Of a DNA stretch of 64,000 nt, positions 63,001 to 64,000 are shown in pieces (within the stretch, counting starts at the first letter, position 1; each line of letters opens with the position of its first letter). This DNA is from Amoebophrya sp. A120 (lineage: Eukaryota; Protista; Dinoflagellata), in assembly GCA_905178155.1 (NCBI GenBank), contig CAJINV010000006.1, positions 1,613,876 through 1,677,875 of the forward strand, given 5' to 3'. Position numbers and translations under genes: made by a program. The notes below the pieces were generated by a model. That model searched no databases, was not told the origin of the DNA, and saw only the letters and a list, made by a program, of their open reading frames with translations.

Positions 63001-63799
63001 GTGCTGCTAACTCTGGTCTGTAAAAAAATCTGTATTGCATGACCAGCAAAAGGAGTCTAGTTTGTGCTACGCGGCGGGGAGGGCGTTTGTCATGCGGAGC
63101 AGCCATCAGGAAGCCCTCTAAAAATCTGTGATGCTACGTCGTGCATTACAGACATCCTGGGTCATGCAAAACATGCATGACAAGTCTCAGAATCTTCCAG
63201 ACCCAGACACTTTTACATTTGATAGGGAGAGTGGCAAGACGACGAATCCGCTTTCGGAGACATATGGCATTCTCAAGCGTTACGCTCTCAACTGTTACAT
63301 GAATTTGTCACGCAAGAACAGCAACAGTGAAATCGTCACAACGTGCAAGAACTCTCGCATCACAAATTATTCCGAGCAGATTTTAATGCTGTTTAGCCCT
63401 TCCAGAATTTGTCATGCGAAGTAACCGTGGTCGTCTGGCGGCTTATGGTAATTTTGCATGACAAATGATGTAACGCTTGCCAATGTAACATTTGAGAATG
63501 CTATAAGACAGAGTGTTCACGTTTGACGAGCTGAAGGACGAGGTCGTAGCCTACATTGTATCCTGTGCAAAACAAGTATCTGATACTCGTATTGCAGTCA
63601 TGCATTACAAATGTTCTCCTTAAGGTAACTCCGCATCACAAATTTCATTTCACATGCTGGGGAAATTTGTAATGCATTTATACGAGTCTACGACACTTTT
63701 GCAATGCATATATTGACCTAAACACCAATAAACCGCAACAGTTTATCACCCGTGCCAACTGGTTCGCGAAGTACGAAATATTAGCGGCCGCTGAGCAGG
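1..63799 (+). CDS. Giant multi-exon gene (about 150 exons, partial at both ends) encoding a thrombospondin type-1 repeat, Cys-rich adhesin-like protein
   Basis: GC-rich spacers between TAT..ATA elements join in frame once the element plus one 5-bp repeat is removed. Examples: DCQLSDWSDW|GSCSTTCNP (across 5027-5176), PVHCEW|NEWQNYGQC (across 8837-8989), TRTRT|RS (across 2883-3140). Recurrent WxxWxxCSxTCGxG, RxRxR, GGxxC and CPVDC motifs are typical of spondin-type TSP1 repeats. Many but not all junctions were translated by hand, and no stop was found in the joined frame. Confidence 0.85.
1354..1616. mobile_element. Introner family A (44 copies, about 250-300 bp); representative copy
   Basis: TIR TATCAAATGTAAAAATGTCTGGGTCTGGAA; TSD TCCAC here. 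Copies: 19-281, 344-611, 1354-1616, 1938-2199, 2883-3140, 3223-3485, 5209-5471, 6504-6785, 8524-8775, 11133-11397, 11484-11756, 13018-13269, 13934-14184, 14425-14686, 15882-16151, 19123-19384, 20739-21003, 21539-21806, 24758-25008, 26096-26359, 27258-27515, 27574-27838, 28227-28501, 31212-31477, 32748-32999, 33877-34133, 36051-36661, 37133-37384, 38083-38352, 44759-45016, 46401-46662, 46847-47109, 50230-50531, 50583-50835, 52179-52442, 52529-52780, 52833-53100, 53803-54056, 54106-56377, 57057-57356, 58303-58578, 61146-61413, 61595-61858, 62959-63224. Confidence 0.92.
2548..2787. mobile_element. Introner family F (6 copies, about 215-250 bp); representative copy
   Basis: TIR consensus TATGA(G/A/C)AGTGCACAACTCCCCCTCCCCCTCATTTG; TSD TTCCA here. 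Copies: 2548-2787, 7786-8017, 10242-10491, 16961-17190, 47158-47373, 53280-53508. Confidence 0.88.
4079..4408. mobile_element. Degenerate singleton introner
   Basis: TAGGAAATGCAAAAAATATTTATCTGGG ... CCCCGATAAATATC..TTTGCAATGCATA. Its removal bypasses the in-frame TAG at 4079 and joins ERLK to CGTSTT. Confidence 0.7.
4409..4718 (+). CDS. Exon: Pro/Ser/Thr-rich mucin-like linker
   Basis: Frame of ORF 4402..4734 (KKCGTSTTTSPPAPPPPSPTTSPPATSSSS...), bounded by elements 4079-4408 and 4719-4942. Confidence 0.8.
4477..4670 (+). repeat. Coding tandem duplication, 99-bp (33-aa) unit, 2 copies
   Basis: CAACCTCCTCAAGCTCAACAACAAGTCCTTCCGCACC... begins at 4481 and again at 4580. Confidence 0.85.
5027..5176. 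mobile_element. Introner family C (23 copies, about 142-180 bp); representative copy
   Basis: TIR TAT(CCTG/GAAC/GCAT)TGCAAAAGTATCGTACT; TSD ACTGG here. Copies: 1116-1289, 3529-3709, 5027-5176, 8109-8257, 8837-8989, 12238-12387, 13303-13468, 19692-19834, 28544-28717, 30197-30340, 33070-33212, 38523-38673, 38995-39139, 41565-41715, 42250-42399, 43202-43343, 44482-44630, 49796-49953, 50035-50194, 53616-53765, 60922-61078, 61911-62068, 63559-63710. Confidence 0.9.
5855..6102 (+). CDS. Exon: TSP1 repeat
   Basis: DCMYDSWNAWSPCSRSC...TQTRTRVVKQEAANGGELC (ORF 5831 frame). Confidence 0.85.
6172..6217 (+). mobile_element. Short 5'-truncated copy of the same (TGA)n-tailed insert
   Basis: TGTGGCGCTGGGTGCGGGTGTCCACTACA(TGA)5TG, one mismatch to the 3' end of 31707-31997 apart from tail length, at the same position in family D. 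Confidence 0.65.
8258..8523 (+). CDS. Exon: TSP1 repeat
   Basis: DCVMNAWGPWGDCSHTCGEGEKKRTRTVKSEAKNGGTPC (ORF 8329 frame). Confidence 0.85.
8990..9980 (+). CDS. Longest exon: several tandem TSP1 repeats
   Basis: ORF 8939..10003 frame: WHEWGEWGDC, WQWTDCSATCGTTGVRKR, CSKTCGGGVQKKTR, CSGSCGGG...QTR, CPVDC. Confidence 0.9.
10772..11079. mobile_element. Introner family B (13 copies, about 310 bp); representative copy
   Basis: TIR TATGGAAGCGTCAGG(A/T)TTGAAATCG(A/T)CAAAGTTGAAAT; TSD GATGA here. Copies: 672-984, 10772-11079, 13547-13854, 16213-16529, 17946-18251, 23861-24204, 29161-29477, 30850-31159, 40452-40758, 42446-42764, 47903-48675, 48827-49134, 60200-60516. Confidence 0.9.
11757..12237 (+). 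CDS. Exon: TSP1 repeats
   Basis: ETRPCNDHACPVDCVLSSW...CSKTCGMGSQKYKR (ORF 11625 frame). Confidence 0.85.
17191..17549 (+). CDS. Exon: TSP1-like repeat
   Basis: GGKEC...CPKQDCEVSEW...FERTILKQPRNNGTECPELEKWEEC (ORF 17178 frame). Confidence 0.8.
18252..18728 (+). CDS. Exon: TSP1-like repeats
   Basis: Open frame KYKKILQQPRHDGAKNC...DCKVEEGEWKQTPCSKSCDTGRFRKYKR...CNERVCAVDC. Confidence 0.8.
19385..19691 (+). CDS. Exon with EF-hand-like loop inserted in a TSP1-like repeat
   Basis: VFGKL-DFDKNEKLSEEE-YQRFL, a 12-residue loop with D1, D3, N5 and E12 at 19436-19471. Confidence 0.75.
20145..20738 (+). CDS. Exon: TSP1 repeats plus S/T/P linker
   Basis: DCVLHQWEDWGDCSQSC...TQTRSRKV...CNQVECP (ORF 20191 frame). 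Confidence 0.85.
21004..21538 (+). CDS. Exon: Cys-rich non-TSP module
   Basis: ORF 20884 frame: VECWNAC...GFCSKC...GACCRY...DPRECR. Confidence 0.75.
21807..22255 (+). CDS. Exon: Cys-rich module
   Basis: ORF 21865 frame: GLCDKC...KGACCKKG...HAC. Confidence 0.7.
22432..22576. mobile_element. Foldback (palindromic) MITE nested in introner 22256-22694
   Basis: Perfect inverted arms of about 57 bp (TGCTAGCCGGATGAATGCCCAGCAAATGGG...ACATCAAG) around an inner hairpin CTCCTGCTGCA-T-TGCAGCAGGAG. Inserted at a GCTAGC site, so the TSD is TA or CTAG (ambiguous). Confidence 0.8.
23581..23800. mobile_element. Introner family G group (16 copies, about 200-285 bp, several subfamilies); representative copy
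   Basis: TIR TATC(A/G)CAAGAAAAAA(G/C)TG...; TSD AAGTG here. Copies: 1624-1908, 3801-4011, 4719-4942, 7020-7242, 9981-10207, 12426-12642, 15534-15750, 22778-23001, 23581-23800, 35184-35414, 39693-39895, 49181-49399, 50913-51121 (nested), 57421-57647, 58726-58977, 63800 to window end. Confidence 0.85.
24432..24711. mobile_element. Introner family D (21 copies, about 280 bp); representative copy
   Basis: TIR TATCCTGAGTAAAAACGT(A/C)CCCACACCAGAGT; TSD CATCC here. Copies: 5572-5854, 6103-6439, 7297-7587, 16606-16912, 24432-24711, 26408-26686, 26851-27129, 29870-30152, 31645-32207, 35489-35767, 37456-37664, 39365-39650, 40095-40376, 41201-41479, 42876-43154, 43390-43668, 45181-45465, 49446-49736, 50886-51405, 51464-51742, 51857-52135. 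Confidence 0.9.
25441..26095 (+). CDS. Exon
   Basis: ORF 25393 frame between elements 25206-25440 and 26096-26359, ending in RYFKKKILKI...GKACP, the repeat motif of this protein. Confidence 0.75.
31707..31997 (+). mobile_element. (TGA)n-tailed retroposon-like insert in family D introner
   Basis: About 290 bp absent from sister copies (e.g. 41201-41479), ending TGTGGCGCTGGGAGCGGGTGTCCACTACA(TGA)n. Confidence 0.65.
33213..33876 (+). CDS. Exon
   Basis: ORF 33156 frame: YYRERVREIKVQPGFGGDACP...LPPCPVDC. Confidence 0.8.
34411..35183 (+). CDS. Exon: Cys/Asp/Trp-rich segment
   Basis: ORF 34423 frame (CDDDTCYDRENCDEDCYAWCWHHC...). Confidence 0.75.
36296..36639. other. Unclassified insertion of about 345 bp in the right TIR of introner 36051-36661
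   Basis: Flanked by a duplicated CCAGAC from the TIR; lacks introner motifs. Confidence 0.6.
37701..38023. mobile_element. Introner family H (12 copies, about 305-340 bp); representative copy
   Basis: TIR TATCAAAAGGAAAAATCCCCCCTCCCCATAT; TSD GAACC here. Copies: 14767-15103, 17550-17870, 18729-19057, 22256-22694, 23211-23540, 30492-30796, 36759-37083, 37701-38023, 41784-42118, 45945-46272, 57808-58131, 62444-62755. Confidence 0.88.
38784..38940. mobile_element. Introner family I (2 copies in opposite orientations)
   Basis: TATGCAATGTAAATTTCC...GGAAATTTACTGTGGATA with TSD AGAAG. Its near reverse complement lies at 45544-45697 (TSD AGGTG). Confidence 0.88.
40799..41033. mobile_element. Introner family E (10 copies, about 235-270 bp); representative copy
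   Basis: TIR TATGGCGTTCTCAACTGTTACATTCTCAACTGTTACATG; TSD ACCCA here. Copies: 2233-2471, 12731-12973, 15187-15457, 19876-20144, 25206-25440, 32246-32492, 34167-34410, 40799-41033, 44203-44437, 63263-63505. Confidence 0.9.
42119..42820 (+). other. PAN/apple-like domain split across three exons
   Basis: Joined translation LALCQQWCQQDGNCACWSFC...NCCWLKP...PGYTSG fits the C-x3-C-x5-C-x2-W-x-F...C-W-L-K...SG pattern of PAN/apple modules. Confidence 0.6.
43669..44202 (+). CDS. Exon: TSP1 repeat
   Basis: WSACSVTCGTGGKQYRTQRI, containing the CSVTCG motif (ORF 43746 frame). Confidence 0.85.
47470..47724. mobile_element. Introner, singleton family K
   Basis: TATGACTTGCTCAAGCGTTACAATCTCAAACGTTACAATAGAATCTG ... 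CAGATTCTATTGCAACGTTTGAGATTGTAACACCTGAGCGGGTTATA; flanks TGCGA/TCCGA. Confidence 0.8.
48155..48625. other. Unclassified insertion of about 470 bp in introner 47903-48675
   Basis: This family B copy is 773 bp versus about 310 bp for its sisters. The insert is AT-rich with approximate boundaries. Confidence 0.6.
54550..55460. repeat. GC-rich minisatellite, about 60-70 bp unit with internal inverted repeat
   Basis: Unit GCTGCCTATTGGCCACGCCTACCGACCTACCCACCCAC-n-GTGGG(T/C)GGGTGGGGCGAGCGTGC repeated more than ten times. Confidence 0.9.
55725..56005. repeat. Degenerate tandem repeat (GCGCGCA(G/A)CACAGATTTGTG units)
   Basis: Repeated CACAGATTTGTG and TGCGCGCA segments inside the Mutator-like element. 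Confidence 0.8.
56378..57056 (+). CDS. Exon with three SFLQ motifs and an EF-hand-like loop
   Basis: ORF 56372 frame; IFRKL-DFDKDEKLSEKE-YSRFL with the loop at 56759-56794, paralogous to exon 19385-19691. Confidence 0.8.
59012..59729. mobile_element. TIR element with 9-bp duplication forming a probable GT-AG intron (59013-59730)
   Basis: GCCGTTGCG at 59003-59011 and 59730-59738. Subterminal inverted repeat GTGTGAATCACCTCCCCAC / GTGGGGAGGTGATTCACAC. Donor G|GTAGGA and acceptor CCTTAG| are both phase 1. Confidence 0.75.
59179..59213 (+). repeat. Degenerate TTTAGGG telomere-type repeats (5 units)
   Basis: TTTAGGG TCTAGGG TTTAGGG CTCGGGG TTTAGGG. Confidence 0.6.
59731..60199 (+). CDS. Exon
   Basis: ORF 59694 frame: VACPTG...YCPFDCQMSDDW...RYYRNYTRNI...YGGKGCP. 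Confidence 0.8.
60517..60921 (+). CDS. Exon
   Basis: ORF 60418 frame: YHDFFEPAC...LCPVDCVMKPW...WYQILFRGV...KQCP. Confidence 0.8.
62069..62443 (+). CDS. Exon
   Basis: ORF 62008 frame: HGGKECP...RFRSWFD...EWRRTLYLLFQKEWIE, paralogous to exons at 51743-53279. Confidence 0.75.
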
Positions 63800-64000
63800 T
63801 ATGCAAGAAAAAACTGTGTAAGTGTAAGTGTAACTCTGTAATGCAAAAAATGAAAAACGATTATTTTTTAACGCTTGTCATGCTCCACATGCATGATGCG
63901 CTCGCTTCCTACGTGTTTTCATTTCCCGTCCTATCTGCGCATGACAAGTTCTTCCTGTCATGGCAGACAAAGTTGTGTGTGATGCTGTTTTCCCAAAAAA

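Noticed and set aside
198-63424. Many short ORFs sharing peptides such as IKCKNVWVWK, MSGSGR, FQTQTFLHL and SKNVPTPE
   Set aside because: They are translations of the introner TIRs in several frames on both strands, not a protein family.
1-64000. Dinoflagellate spliced-leader relic, tRNA, rRNA or snRNA genes
   Set aside because: By eye I found no CCGTAGCCATTTTGGCTCAAG match and no recognisable structural RNA. This was not verified computationally.

Overview
Eukaryotic genomic DNA. The whole window appears to be the interior of one giant + strand gene, with no start or stop seen. It encodes a Cys-rich thrombospondin type-1 repeat (TSP1/TSR) adhesin-like protein with mucin-like P/S/T tracts, EF-hand-like loops and a PAN/apple-like domain. 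About 22 kb is coding (roughly 7,000 aa, hand estimate). The gene is split by about 149 short elements (mostly 140-340 bp, hand count). Each has the form [5-bp target repeat] TAT...terminal inverted repeats...ATA [same 5-bp repeat], and they fall into about 11 TIR families inserted in both orientations. Removing an element plus one copy of the repeat restored the reading frame at every junction I translated (many, not all). Only about a dozen elements have GT..AG ends. This matches the non-canonical 'introner' introns described in the parasitic dinoflagellate Amoebophrya (organism is my inference). Mismatches between repeat copies suggest a scarless cut 1 nt before TAT and 4 nt after ATA. Secondary parasites sit inside the introners: a 2-kb Mutator-like element, a foldback MITE, a (TGA)n-tailed insert at the same site in two introners, two unclassified inserts and an introner within an introner. 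A separate element with a 9-bp duplication forms a GT-AG intron. No transposase gene is present, and most ORFs in the supplied track are translations of the repeats.
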